From positions 1 to 64,000 of IMG/VR virus record IMGVR_UViG_3300023257_000007: a DNA stretch of 64,000 nucleotides. The stretch is one strand, 5' to 3'. The notes under the pieces are model-generated. The model did not search any database and had not been told where the DNA came from. It saw only the letters and a program-made list of their open reading frames with translations. Shown here in pieces: positions 10,105 through 20,453 of this stretch. Each line of letters opens with the position of its first letter. Position 1 is the first letter of the stretch. A program made the translations under genes and the position numbers.

Positions 10105-11751
10105 ATGTTATTAACAAAGAATATTAAAATTAAAATAAATAATAGGTATATAAAATATTATCAAAATCTTGGATATCAGGTAAAAGGCGGTCAAGAATGT
10201 GAAATAAAAATAGAAGATTTATCAAAAAAAAGCCACGCTTTTGTTGATGTTAAATGTGATATATGTCAAGAAGAAAAAACAATTAAATATTATAATTATA
10301 CTGAAAATATACTAAATCAGGGTTTTTACACTTGTAAAAAATGTAAACATCATAAGACAAAAATCACAAATCTAGAGAAATATGGTGTAGAATGTACATT
10401 ACAATCTGATGATGTTTTAGAAAAGATAAAAAATAAAAACATAGAAAAATTTGGCACAGACCATTATTCAAAAACAAATGAATTTAAAGAAAAAATAAAA
10501 GAGACAAATCTAGAAAAATATGGTGTTGAAAGTAATATGCAATCAATCGAATTTAAGGAAAAATCTATATTATTTAATCTGAAAAGTTACGGTGTTGATC
10601 ATTATTCAAAGACTAATGAATTTAAAGAAAAAGTAAAAAAAACAAATTTAGAAAAATATGGTGTTGATCATTATTCAAAAACTGATGAATTCAAGGAGAA
10701 GTTGTCTAAAAACCATTTTTTAAAACTTAAAAAAGAAAACAACAATCTTAAAGAGATAAATGGTGATGAATATGTGATATATTGTGATAAATGTGATAAA
10801 GATTATACTATTCATAAATGGTTATATAAAAATAGAAAAAAGAAATATAAAACTAATACTTGTTTATATTGTAATCCTATAAATTCTTCTAAATCTGGAA
10901 TGGAATTAAAATTATTAGAATTTATAAAAGATAATTATAATGAAAAAATTGTTTATGGTAATAGAAAAATTATACCACCTAAAGAATTAGATATTTATTT
11001 ACCAAATTTAAAATTGGCATTTGAGTTTAATGGTGTATATTGGCACAACGAATTAAACAAACATAACAAATATCATTTAGAAAAAACAGAAAAATGTCTA
11101 GAAAAAGGAATACAATTAATTCATGTTTTTGAAGATGATTGGATTTATAAACAAGATATAGTAAAATCTAGAATTTTGAATTTAATTGGAAAATCTAAAA
11201 AAATATTTGCTCGAAAATGTGAAATTAAATTAGTCAATGATAATAAAGTTATTAGAAATTTTCTAGATGAAAATCATTTACAAGGGTTTGTAGGGAGCAA
11301 AATAAAATTGGGTTTGTATTATAATGATGAATTAGTAAGTTTAATGACTTTTGGAAATTTGAGAAAACCTTTAAATCAGTCAAAAAAGGATGGGTCATTT
11401 GAATTATTAAGATTTTGTAATAAATTGAGCATTTATGTTATTGGTGGTGCTTCAAAATTATTTAATTATTTCTTAAAAAACTATGAAATTTGTGAAATAA
11501 TAAGTTATGCGGATAGAAGTTGGAGTAATGGAAATTTATATGAAAAACTTGGTTTTGAATTTATACATAAAACACAACCTAACTATTATTATATAATAGG
11601 CAATCTTAGAAAACATAGATTTAATTTCAGGAAAGATAAATTAATTAAAGAAGGTTTTGATTCAAATAAAACCGAACATGAAATAATGTTAGAAAGGGAA
11701 ATATATCGAATATATGATAGCGGTAGTTTAAAATATAGTTATTTAATATAA
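10105..11751 (+). CDS. Hef-like free-standing homing endonuclease
   Basis: Paralog of 7642; KTNLEKYGV repeats; ELDIYLPNLKLAFEFNGVYWH. Confidence 0.8.
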   Translation: MLLTKNIKIKINNRYIKYYQNLGYQVKGGQECEIKIEDLSKKSHAFVDVKCDICQEEKTIKYYNYTENILNQGFYTCKKCKHHKTKITNLEKYGVECTLQSDDVLEKIKNKNIEKFGTDHYSKTNEFKEKIKETNLEKYGVESNMQSIEFKEKSILFNLKSYGVDHYSKTNEFKEKVKKTNLEKYGVDHYSKTDEFKEKLSKNHFLKLKKENNNLKEINGDEYVIYCDKCDKDYTIHKWLYKNRKKKYKTNTCLYCNPINSSKSGMELKLLEFIKDNYNEKIVYGNRKIIPPKELDIYLPNLKLAFEFNGVYWHNELNKHNKYHLEKTEKCLEKGIQLIHVFEDDWIYKQDIVKSRILNLIGKSKKIFARKCEIKLVNDNKVIRNFLDENHLQGFVGSKIKLGLYYNDELVSLMTFGNLRKPLNQSKKDGSFELLRFCNKLSIYVIGGASKLFNYFLKNYEICEIISYADRSWSNGNLYEKLGFEFIHKTQPNYYYIIGNLRKHRFNFRKDKLIKEGFDSNKTEHEIMLEREIYRIYDSGSLKYSYLI

Positions 11752-12345
11752 TCCCATTTTTTTTGCATTGTGAAGGTCTGGATTTTCTTTCCAAAACCAT
11801 TCCCAATATTTTTCTAAATTATCATAAGGTAATTGGTTATTTTCACAAAAAAACTCTTTTAATCCTTTTGGTAATTCAGGTAATTCAGTTAATTGGTTAT
11901 TATAACAATTTAATACTTCTAACCCTTTTGGTAATTCAGGTAATTCAGTTAATTTGTTATTACCACAATATAAATATTTTAATCCTTTAGGTAATTCAGG
12001 TAATTTAGTTAATTGGTTATTATAACAATATAAATATTTTAACCCTTTTGGTAATTTAGGTAATTCAGTTAATTGGTTATTATAACAATATAAATATTCT
12101 AACCCTTTTGGTAATTCAGGCAATTCAGTTAATTGGTTATAACGACAAAATAAATATTTTAATCCTTTTGGTAATTCAGGCAATTCAGTTAATTGGTTAT
12201 AACAACAAAATAATTTTTCTAATCCTTCTGGTAATTCAGGTAATTCTGTTAAATTTAATCTAGCTAAATCTAATGTTTTGCCATCATCACTTAAATGGTC
12301 TTTAATTAATTGGTTTTCTGAATATGTTTTTAAATATCTCATCAT
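11743..12345 (-). CDS. Leucine-rich repeat protein (IpaH/SspH-type 20-aa LRR)
   Basis: Seven LPELPKGLxYLYCxxNQLTE repeats. Confidence 0.9.
   Translation of the reverse strand: MMRYLKTYSENQLIKDHLSDDGKTLDLARLNLTELPELPEGLEKLFCCYNQLTELPELPKGLKYLFCRYNQLTELPELPKGLEYLYCYNNQLTELPKLPKGLKYLYCYNNQLTKLPELPKGLKYLYCGNNKLTELPELPKGLEVLNCYNNQLTELPELPKGLKEFFCENNQLPYDNLEKYWEWFWKENPDLHNAKKMGLY
11831..12250 (-). repeat. Coding tandem repeat, ~7 x 60 bp
   Basis: Units recur every 60 bp (11861, 11921, ... 12221) and encode the LRRs. Confidence 0.92.
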
Positions 12346-12438
12346 AATTTATTATTTTACTTTTAATCGGTCAAAGATAAAATTATATATATTAAATAAT
12401 GACTCTTCGTTCTTTACTTGACGACCATTCAATAATAT

Positions 12439-12801
12439 TCAATCTTTATTTTTCTCCCAAACATACCTACTTTTCTTAGAATCATTTAAACCACTGAATT
12501 GTATTTCATCCCCAATTACTTCTACATCAAAAGTAACTAAATTAGTTTCTTTTTTTCTCTCTACAAATTTTTGCAATTCTTCATATTCAATCCCACTTTC
12601 TTCTAAGAATTTATCTATTTTTGTTTTTATTCTTGTAACTTTTGGGTCATCTTTATAATTTCTTAACCAAGTCATCATTTTATCTATTAAACCACCAAAT
12701 TCACCAGAACCTTTTCTATATTCTCCAAATCTTTGAATTTCAGGTTCTTTTTCATCCAACATTTCTTCTGTTAAAAAATTTTTAAATTTTTTTAATTCCA
12801 T
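12439..12801 (-). CDS. Hypothetical protein with CTS-like N-terminus
   Basis: MELKKFKNFLTEE start. Confidence 0.7.
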   Translation of the reverse strand: MELKKFKNFLTEEMLDEKEPEIQRFGEYRKGSGEFGGLIDKMMTWLRNYKDDPKVTRIKTKIDKFLEESGIEYEELQKFVERKKETNLVTFDVEVIGDEIQFSGLNDSKKSRYVWEKNKD

Positions 12802-13760
12802 TTTGCTTTTGGTAAATGTTTTTTAGCATAGTTTGACCATACTCTTAATAATTTTTCTCTATCTTTTTCTATGACCATATTTCTATCAACTAAACTATCT
12901 AAATTTTCACCAAACACATCATTTAAAGTTCTTTTAGACCATTTAGCTTTTTTATACATACCTCTAACTAAAGAAGGTATTTCATCTTTTAAAAGATAAT
13001 ATAAATAAAATCTTTCAGGGTCATCATATATTTTCTGTCTCAATTCTAAACTCGTACCATGTACTTTACCTTTCAATCTATTAACACCATCTTGTGTTAA
13101 ATGTTCAGATTCATGTCTAACAACATCATGTAATTCAGATATCATATCTTGATATATTTTAGGTTCATCTTCTGGATTTATAATAATAGTAACATGTATT
13201 AAACCATCATTATAATAATCATCAACATTAACTATTTCTTCATTAATACAATATGCATCAATTATAAAACCTTTACTTTTAAAAAATGTAACATCACTTT
13301 CATCAAAATTAACATCACCATTAACATTTCTTTTTATATCTAATAAAACAGAAACCTTTTTCATTGTACCCGTATAATCACCAAGTTTAAATTGATTAAA
13401 ATCCTCTTCATCTTCACCATCATAATCTTCTTTAGATTCTTTAATTTCTGATAATATATCATCAACTAAAATACCAACCATTTTATCATATTTACCTTCA
13501 TTTAAAAAATTATTAAACCTATATAATTTATTTTCATTATTTTTAGAATATAATGTTTTCAAAATATCTCCTAATCTTTCTTTTCCTTCCGCCATATCAT
13601 CTGCAAAATCACAATCTTGATATTTATCATTATAAAAATATTTTAAAATAAAAGGTCTAGCTTTATCCTCATATGGTTCAATAAAACCGTATAATTTTGG
13701 ATTTTCAGTAACTCTCAATTCCAATTTATCTTTACCTATATATCTTTCTTCAATATTCAT
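12792..13760 (-). CDS. Hypothetical protein with HExxH (zincin-like) motif
   Basis: VVRHESEHLTQ. Confidence 0.5.
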   Translation of the reverse strand: MNIEERYIGKDKLELRVTENPKLYGFIEPYEDKARPFILKYFYNDKYQDCDFADDMAEGKERLGDILKTLYSKNNENKLYRFNNFLNEGKYDKMVGILVDDILSEIKESKEDYDGEDEEDFNQFKLGDYTGTMKKVSVLLDIKRNVNGDVNFDESDVTFFKSKGFIIDAYCINEEIVNVDDYYNDGLIHVTIIINPEDEPKIYQDMISELHDVVRHESEHLTQDGVNRLKGKVHGTSLELRQKIYDDPERFYLYYLLKDEIPSLVRGMYKKAKWSKRTLNDVFGENLDSLVDRNMVIEKDREKLLRVWSNYAKKHLPKAKWN

Positions 13761-13761
13761 A

Positions 13762-14664
13762 CTAAAACATTACTCTATCATCGGCTACATCACCAACACT
13801 ATTCCATTCAATTTCATCAACAACTCTTTTGTAATCATACTCATTAATAGGAATTTCTATATTAGTATTTGCAAGTTGTATTTTATTTCTATATATATGT
13901 AATTGTTGACCGTTTATTTCAATTACAATCATATCTTCATTTTTTGGCATCCATGTTCTTAATTTTGAATCCTTTATATTTGTTAAAGTATTAAGTAAAT
14001 ATTCTTCTTTATTATTCTTAAAATGTTTTTTATCTGAATATTTAAGAAATAATCCAACTAAATATGGAATACCTTCAACCATTAACCAACCACCAACTAT
14101 TCCAATACCTGAAGCAATTAATCCAGTACTCATAGGATCAAGAAATTCTTTTACTAAATATTTTTTTTCTACATATTTAGTTAATTCTGGTGCAAAATCT
14201 TGAGATTCTTGTTTATAATTCAACCATAATTTTACATATTTAGGTATATCTGTTTCCAATTTAGGACCTTTTTTATGCTCATTATCAAATAGAGTAATTA
14301 TTTTGAATAAATTAGCTTGCCATTCACCTTCTTCCTTCTTATATTGATATTCAGTATCAAATGCATCATTTTCAACATAATCCCCATAATGTCCTACTTG
14401 AAACTCATTTAAGAAGTAATCAAATCTTAATAAACGGTTTTCATTTTTACTACCGTGATGTGATTCCATTTTATTTTTAAATATATTCATAGCTGTTCCA
14501 TAAATTTTTTCATTTTTATCTTTACCTTTATCAGATTTAGGACTTTTTGATGGTGTACCATATTGTTTCTCTGCTAATTTTTTAGCAGATTTCCATTCTC
14601 TCTCTGCAATTTCAACTGAAACATTATATTTCTTTGCAAATGATTCTACGGCTCCTGTTGGCAT
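13762..14664 (-). CDS. Hypothetical protein with one TM segment
   Basis: Long ORF; hydrophobic GLIASGIGIVGGWLMV. Confidence 0.65.
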   Translation of the reverse strand: MPTGAVESFAKKYNVSVEIAEREWKSAKKLAEKQYGTPSKSPKSDKGKDKNEKIYGTAMNIFKNKMESHHGSKNENRLLRFDYFLNEFQVGHYGDYVENDAFDTEYQYKKEEGEWQANLFKIITLFDNEHKKGPKLETDIPKYVKLWLNYKQESQDFAPELTKYVEKKYLVKEFLDPMSTGLIASGIGIVGGWLMVEGIPYLVGLFLKYSDKKHFKNNKEEYLLNTLTNIKDSKLRTWMPKNEDMIVIEINGQQLHIYRNKIQLANTNIEIPINEYDYKRVVDEIEWNSVGDVADDRVMF

Positions 14665-14692
14665 AATTATTCTATTTATTTAATCATATATA

Positions 14693-16504
14693 TTAATTCT
14701 TAAAAATGTATTTATAATTACCACTATTATATATTCTATAAATACCTCTTTCTATCATTATTTGATGTTCACTTTTATCTAAATCAAAACCTTCTTTAAC
14801 CAACACGTCTTTTCTATATCCAAACCTATATTTTCTCACACCATCTACTACATAATAATAATTTGGTTTAGAAATATGAGATAATTCAAAACCTAAATTT
14901 TCATATAATTTGCCATTTGAATGTGATCTATCTGCATAACTTATTATTTTTTTAAAAAAATAATTTTTAGTAAAATGTTTAAACAATTTTGAAGCACCAC
15001 CAATAACATTAGTATTTAACTTATTACAAAATCTTATAAGTTCAAATTCACCTTCTACACTAGAAGAATTTTGAGACTTTCTTTTTTTACCAAAAGTCAT
15101 TAAAGAAACTAACTCATTTTCATAATAAAGACCTAGTTTAATACTAGAACCAACAAAACCTTGTAAATGATTATCATCTAGAAATTTTCTTATCAATTTA
15201 TTATCTTCAATAACTTTAATTTCACATTTTCTTGCATAAATTCTATTTGGTGTTTTACCTATTTTGTTTAATATTATGGATTTAACTATGTCTTGTTTAT
15301 ACAACCAATCATCTTCCCAAATATGTGTTAGCTGAACACCTTTTTTAAAACAATTATCTGTTTTATTTAAATGATAATTATTATCTTTATTTAATTCGTT
15401 ATGCCAATACAAACCATTAAATTCAAAAGCTAATTTCAAATTTGGTAAATAAATATCTAATTCTAATGGTTTAATAACATCTCTATCTGATGTTTCAATG
15501 ACACCAGTATAATTTTCTTCAATAAAACTTAATAATTGTATTTCTAATCCTGATGTGTGTTGATTAATTGGGTTGCAAATAGTACACAATTCAGTTTTAC
15601 ATTTAACTCTATTTGAAAACAAGGATGAATTAATAATATAATCATGTCCTTTATCACATAATATTGTATATTCTTTATTATCAAAATCAATATTCAAAAA
15701 ATTTAAATAACTATAATTACTTAAAAGATATTTTTTAGTTCTTTTTCTATTATTCTCTTTAATATTTTTTATAACTTTTTCTGTTTGAAAATAATTTTCA
15801 ACACCATATCTTTCTAAGATTGTAGTTTTTCTTTTTTCTTTTAATTCATTAGAATATGATGGATTTTCAACACCATAATTTTCCATTAATGATTTTATTG
15901 ATTTCTCTCTAATTTCTTCTGATTGTTGAGGATACTCTACACCATACTTTTCTAAATTTGTTTTTTTAATTTTATCTTTTATTTCTTCTGATTCAAACGG
16001 ATTTTCAACACCATATTTTTCTAGATTTGTTTTGGATATTTTATCACGTATCTCTTTATTAGATAGAGAAAATTCAACACCATACTTTTCTAGATTTGTT
16101 TGTTTTTGCTTTCTTTTTACACACTCATTTTGAGTAAAATGTTCGACACCATATTTTTCCAAACTTGTTTTTTTAACTCTATCAACATATTCCTCAGTCT
16201 GTGTATAATATTCACTGCCATATTTTTCAAATGTTGTCTTTTTAACTTTTTCTTGAGCACACTTAGAACTACAAGCATAAAACCCACCATTATTAATATT
16301 TTTAACATATTTTTGATACATTAAATCCTTTTCATTATTACAAAAATCACATTTTACTTTTATTTTTACATGACTACCATCAGATAAATATTTAGGATGT
16401 ATATTTAAAATATCTCCCAATTGTACATCTTTCGAATATTCTTCTTTTAGTTTACTTAAATTTCTTTTTGTTACTTTAATTAATGTTTTTTCTGTTAAAA
16501 TCAT
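14693..16504 (-). CDS. Hef-like free-standing homing endonuclease
   Basis: Paralog of 7642/10105 with more KTNLEKYGVE repeats. Confidence 0.8.
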   Translation of the reverse strand: MILTEKTLIKVTKRNLSKLKEEYSKDVQLGDILNIHPKYLSDGSHVKIKVKCDFCNNEKDLMYQKYVKNINNGGFYACSSKCAQEKVKKTTFEKYGSEYYTQTEEYVDRVKKTSLEKYGVEHFTQNECVKRKQKQTNLEKYGVEFSLSNKEIRDKISKTNLEKYGVENPFESEEIKDKIKKTNLEKYGVEYPQQSEEIREKSIKSLMENYGVENPSYSNELKEKRKTTILERYGVENYFQTEKVIKNIKENNRKRTKKYLLSNYSYLNFLNIDFDNKEYTILCDKGHDYIINSSLFSNRVKCKTELCTICNPINQHTSGLEIQLLSFIEENYTGVIETSDRDVIKPLELDIYLPNLKLAFEFNGLYWHNELNKDNNYHLNKTDNCFKKGVQLTHIWEDDWLYKQDIVKSIILNKIGKTPNRIYARKCEIKVIEDNKLIRKFLDDNHLQGFVGSSIKLGLYYENELVSLMTFGKKRKSQNSSSVEGEFELIRFCNKLNTNVIGGASKLFKHFTKNYFFKKIISYADRSHSNGKLYENLGFELSHISKPNYYYVVDGVRKYRFGYRKDVLVKEGFDLDKSEHQIMIERGIYRIYNSGNYKYIFKN

Positions 16505-16598
16505 AGTTTGAACCTTATTTTTTGTTCGGCTACATAAACCTTTTCCTTATATATATTAAAATACATAATTGGTTTTTTAATATTAATATATAATTCAT

Positions 16599-18050
16599 AT
16601 GAAGAAATTTAGTGAAAAATACATTAATGATTGGAACATACTACAAAATGCAATTATTGGTTTTGAATTTGAATTTTATGCTGATAAATCATACTATAAA
16701 TTATTAGAACATTTAAATAATGTTTTAAAACCAGTTAAAGTTAGTGGATTTAAAAGATACCATAGTTCTTTTACACCGACAGACAAACATTGGAAAATAG
16801 AACCGGATCTATCCCTAGGATATGAGGGATGTGAGATCATCACCGGACCATTACCATATGTGAATTCAAAAATATATCTATTAAAAATATTAAAAACAAT
16901 AGAAACATACGGTAAAACAGATGAAAAATGCTCTATTCACATTAATATATCATTTGATAAAGATAAAACAGACAAAACAATAGAACATCTTAATCCGTTA
17001 AAACTCATATTAGAAATTGATGAAGATTTTATTTATAAATGTTTTCCAGATAGAAAAAACAATTTTTATGCTAAATCAATAAAAAAATTAATACCTTTTA
17101 AAAATTATCATTTTGCAGACAGAGCAACAGAATTATTACAAAATAGTTTAGAATTACCAAATACTAAATATTACGGTGTAAACATTCAAAATGTTCAAGA
17201 AGGAAGACTAGAATTTAGATATATTGGTGGTCAAGATTATGAAAAGAAAACAGATGAAATATTACAATTAATGGATTATTTTATATTATTATCTTGGAAA
17301 TGTACAAAAGCTGAATTAGAAGAAGAAGATAGAAATGCTCTAAAAAATTATCTATCAAAAAATATTAATCAATTTAAAAATTATTCTAAATATGAAAATT
17401 TTATAGCTGAATTTCCTTCAATTACATTACAAGTTGATAAAGATTCCGATTTTAATATGGTAAAAACACATTATGATAAAATCTATAACGAACTATATGA
17501 TATAATCACAAATATTTATAATTTAAATGATTGTATTATTAATTATGATACAGAAGAACATAAAATTGAATTAGTTGAAGCTTCAGTAAAATCTATTTTT
17601 GATATTAAAAATATCAATATAATTAATTGTGTTATTGATGGTGGTTCTTTCAATAATGTACATTTTGTAAATTGTGATATAAAGAATGCACATATTCATA
17701 ATTCAACATTAACTCAAACTAATGCATTTAATACTAAAATAGAAACATCAAGAATTGATTATATGAGTGAAGTTAAAAACTGTTACTTATTTAACTCATT
17801 CTTAGATGGTCATATGGATGGTGGTATTTTTAGATCAGGTAAAATTGGAGAATATGGAAACATGGAAAAAAATGTTAAAATTATTACTGATATTAACAAC
17901 TACTTTGGTGTGCAAAGAAATGATATTAATTTTAAAGATAAAATGAGAATGGTGGGTTATGTAGGTAAAAAACACCAAGATAAGAAAAAATTCTTCAATA
18001 ACAACCAATTTCCACACAATAATAAAGAAAGACATACTGATATGTTTTGA
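16599..18050 (+). CDS. Putative amidoligase (COOH-NH2 ligase superfamily)
   Basis: IGFEFEF, WKIEPDLS, EIITGPL, CSIHINIS, KYYGVN, RLEFR motifs. Confidence 0.7.
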   Translation: MKKFSEKYINDWNILQNAIIGFEFEFYADKSYYKLLEHLNNVLKPVKVSGFKRYHSSFTPTDKHWKIEPDLSLGYEGCEIITGPLPYVNSKIYLLKILKTIETYGKTDEKCSIHINISFDKDKTDKTIEHLNPLKLILEIDEDFIYKCFPDRKNNFYAKSIKKLIPFKNYHFADRATELLQNSLELPNTKYYGVNIQNVQEGRLEFRYIGGQDYEKKTDEILQLMDYFILLSWKCTKAELEEEDRNALKNYLSKNINQFKNYSKYENFIAEFPSITLQVDKDSDFNMVKTHYDKIYNELYDIITNIYNLNDCIINYDTEEHKIELVEASVKSIFDIKNINIINCVIDGGSFNNVHFVNCDIKNAHIHNSTLTQTNAFNTKIETSRIDYMSEVKNCYLFNSFLDGHMDGGIFRSGKIGEYGNMEKNVKIITDINNYFGVQRNDINFKDKMRMVGYVGKKHQDKKKFFNNNQFPHNNKERHTDMF

Positions 18051-18064
18051 AAAACATTATAATT

Positions 18065-18448
18065 ATGAAACATTTGAAAACATTTGAAGGGTTTTTTTCT
18101 GAGACTAAAAATAAGTTTAAAGAACAATTGCAAGATTATAAAACATTATATACAAGTTTCTTTGAAAAGAAACATATGGAATTAACTAGACAACTTTATA
18201 TAAAAACAAACCAATTACTTATTAACAAACCATATTCTATTAATATGAAAATAGACAATAAAGATTATGTGTTACATGTTCATTTAGGTGATGTTTATAT
18301 ATCTACCGGAGATGAAATTAAACGGGAAGATAATCTTGAAATTCGAATGCCTAGTATAAAGAATAATAAACTATTAAAGAAAGTATTAAATTATCTAGAT
18401 AATCTTAACCAAGATTTTATTGAAGGAAAGAAATTAGGCTTATTATAA
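18065..18448 (+). CDS. Hypothetical protein, CTS-like N-terminus
   Basis: MKHLKTFEGF...KKLGLL; ATG at 18065. Confidence 0.75.
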   Translation: MKHLKTFEGFFSETKNKFKEQLQDYKTLYTSFFEKKHMELTRQLYIKTNQLLINKPYSINMKIDNKDYVLHVHLGDVYISTGDEIKREDNLEIRMPSIKNNKLLKKVLNYLDNLNQDFIEGKKLGLL

Positions 18449-18462
18449 AATAAATATAAACT

Positions 18463-18846
18463 ATGAAACATTTAAAAACATATGAAAATTTCTTTGATTC
18501 TGAAAAAAGATTCATTTATTTCGACACACTTGATAGAGAATCAGATCAAGAAGTAATTAATCGTTTACAAGATTTAAATTATACAGTATTTTTTGATGCT
18601 AAAGAAGGTTCCGATCTAATGCTACCAGAAGGATATAAAGTAACTTTATGTTTTAATGGTTATGAACATGGAGATGGAACACCAATTACTGGTAAAGCTT
18701 ATTGGGTAGATGAAAATGACGAAGAATTCAAAGAAAAAGAGTGTGTGGTAGTAAAATATGATCCAGAAGAAACTTGGGATCAATTAGAAACAATTATAAA
18801 CAATATCAAACAATTACACACAAATAAAGCATTATTATCAAATTAA
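18463..18846 (+). CDS. Hypothetical protein, CTS-like N-terminus
   Basis: MKHLKTYENF. Confidence 0.75.
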   Translation: MKHLKTYENFFDSEKRFIYFDTLDRESDQEVINRLQDLNYTVFFDAKEGSDLMLPEGYKVTLCFNGYEHGDGTPITGKAYWVDENDEEFKEKECVVVKYDPEETWDQLETIINNIKQLHTNKALLSN

Positions 18847-18875
18847 AAAAGATCAGGTAGCGAATCTGATCTTTT
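18847..18875. terminator. Bidirectional intrinsic terminator
   Basis: AAAAGATCAG / CTGATCTTTT perfect stem between convergent genes. Confidence 0.8.
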
Positions 18876-18911
18876 AAATGGTCGAAACCATAACAGTCCT
18901 AAAACCGTATA

Positions 18912-19460
18912 TTATTTAAATTTATCTTCAATTATTTCATTTCTAAACTTTCTCCAAAAATCATATATTTTTGGTTTATCTTCATGTTTTTTAGGATCTA
19001 ATTCATTCACAAATTCTTCAAAAGGAATAATAATATGATCTTTACCTATATAATGTAAATTGACTGTATCTAATTCTTTAATATCAGGATTAATTTTTAA
19101 TTTGTATTTTCTTTTGACTTCCTTATATTTTTTAATTTCACTTTCTAACTCTTTAATATCATCCTCTTTAGATATAATGTCAATATCTATATTTTTAATA
19201 TCATTTTCTAATCTAGTTTTAACTTTAGGATCACCCCAACCTTTTGTATTCTTATCAATAATTTTAAAATCATTTTTTAATGTATTCATTATAGTATGAT
19301 AATAACCATAAATTTTAAGTTTATCATAAACATCCATATTATCAATTTCTCTATAACAGTTCTCAACCCACTCATGTTCACCCCAATCTTTACCTATGAG
19401 TTTAACATCATAATTTTTCATTTTTTCATTTAACTCTGAATATCTCTTAATTTTGATCAT
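18912..19460 (-). CDS. Hypothetical protein, CTS-like N-terminus
   Basis: MIKIKRYSELNE. Confidence 0.7.
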   Translation of the reverse strand: MIKIKRYSELNEKMKNYDVKLIGKDWGEHEWVENCYREIDNMDVYDKLKIYGYYHTIMNTLKNDFKIIDKNTKGWGDPKVKTRLENDIKNIDIDIISKEDDIKELESEIKKYKEVKRKYKLKINPDIKELDTVNLHYIGKDHIIIPFEEFVNELDPKKHEDKPKIYDFWRKFRNEIIEDKFK

Positions 19461-19499
19461 TATCGCGTATTTGTATTTTTATGCCAAATTTAATTTTCT

Positions 19500-20438
19500 C
19501 TATTTTGCATTTGCATTTTTTCCTTTATAACCCATTGGTATTCCACTACTATAATCACCATTCATAACTTTAATTGAAGTTAATAAAAGATTAAATTCTT
19601 CTTTATTTCTCACAATTTTAGTAATTGATGGAACTAACCATGGACTAATATCTTTAATACTCCAACCATCATTTAACCAAATAAACATATTCATATTTGC
19701 ATAAGCTGTTAATTCAGCTTCACCCCATGTACCCATTCCAGCACCAGCGTTAGTTGAAATTAAATTAGTATCACACTGCATAATTATTCTTCTATCAGGA
19801 CTTGTCATTGTAGCATTTCCTGTTTTTTGCCAATAATTCCAAAGTTCATCTTCTTCAGAACCTGGTTCCATTTCATTAAATCCACCAGATTTCCAAGTAT
19901 CTAAAGCTTTTTTGAAATCACCTTTAAATCTTACTAATTCATTTCTCATTGGATTAAGAACAAGTGGTTTTGGAAATTTAGATTTATCAATTTTACCAGT
20001 TTTACCAAGTTTTATAATATCTTCACCAGTGACAACATGATCCATTCCGAAAAAGTTTTCAGTATCTTCTCTCCAGTGTTTAACTTCTGAATCTGGTTTT
20101 GTTTTATCAATACCACCACCTAAGTAAATACCTTCTACTGATTTAATATTTGAAAAATCAGTAGGGTCTACAATATTTAATATATCTACTTTTTTATCAA
20201 TTTCTTTTTCATTCAAGTTAATCAACCAATTCAAAGCCTTCTTATTTAACCATGTTTTAAATTTATCAAATAAATCTGTAAAAACATTTTCATTTAATTG
20301 TTCTGTAACAGGCAAAGATCTAAGAGTTTCTTTCAATTCTCTTCTAGCCATTAATGGCATACTAAGAATCTGATCCATATATTCATCATCTATACTCTCA
20401 TTTAACTGATAAAAATTATCAAATCTTTTTATTTTCAT
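19500..20438 (-). CDS. Nucleoside 2-deoxyribosyltransferase/nucleotide N-glycosidase-like protein
   Basis: IYLGGGI...LVLNP...CD...GAGMGTWGE flavodoxin-like pattern; paralog of 21966. Confidence 0.55.
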   Translation of the reverse strand: MKIKRFDNFYQLNESIDDEYMDQILSMPLMARRELKETLRSLPVTEQLNENVFTDLFDKFKTWLNKKALNWLINLNEKEIDKKVDILNIVDPTDFSNIKSVEGIYLGGGIDKTKPDSEVKHWREDTENFFGMDHVVTGEDIIKLGKTGKIDKSKFPKPLVLNPMRNELVRFKGDFKKALDTWKSGGFNEMEPGSEEDELWNYWQKTGNATMTSPDRRIIMQCDTNLISTNAGAGMGTWGEAELTAYANMNMFIWLNDGWSIKDISPWLVPSITKIVRNKEEFNLLLTSIKVMNGDYSSGIPMGYKGKNANAK

Positions 20439-20453
20439 TATTTGTCTTTTTTC

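Noticed and set aside
11831-12250. CRISPR array
   Set aside because: Repeats are contiguous 60-bp in-frame coding units with no unique spacers. The YKYDAD repeats at 25731-26060 are likewise coding. No cas genes.
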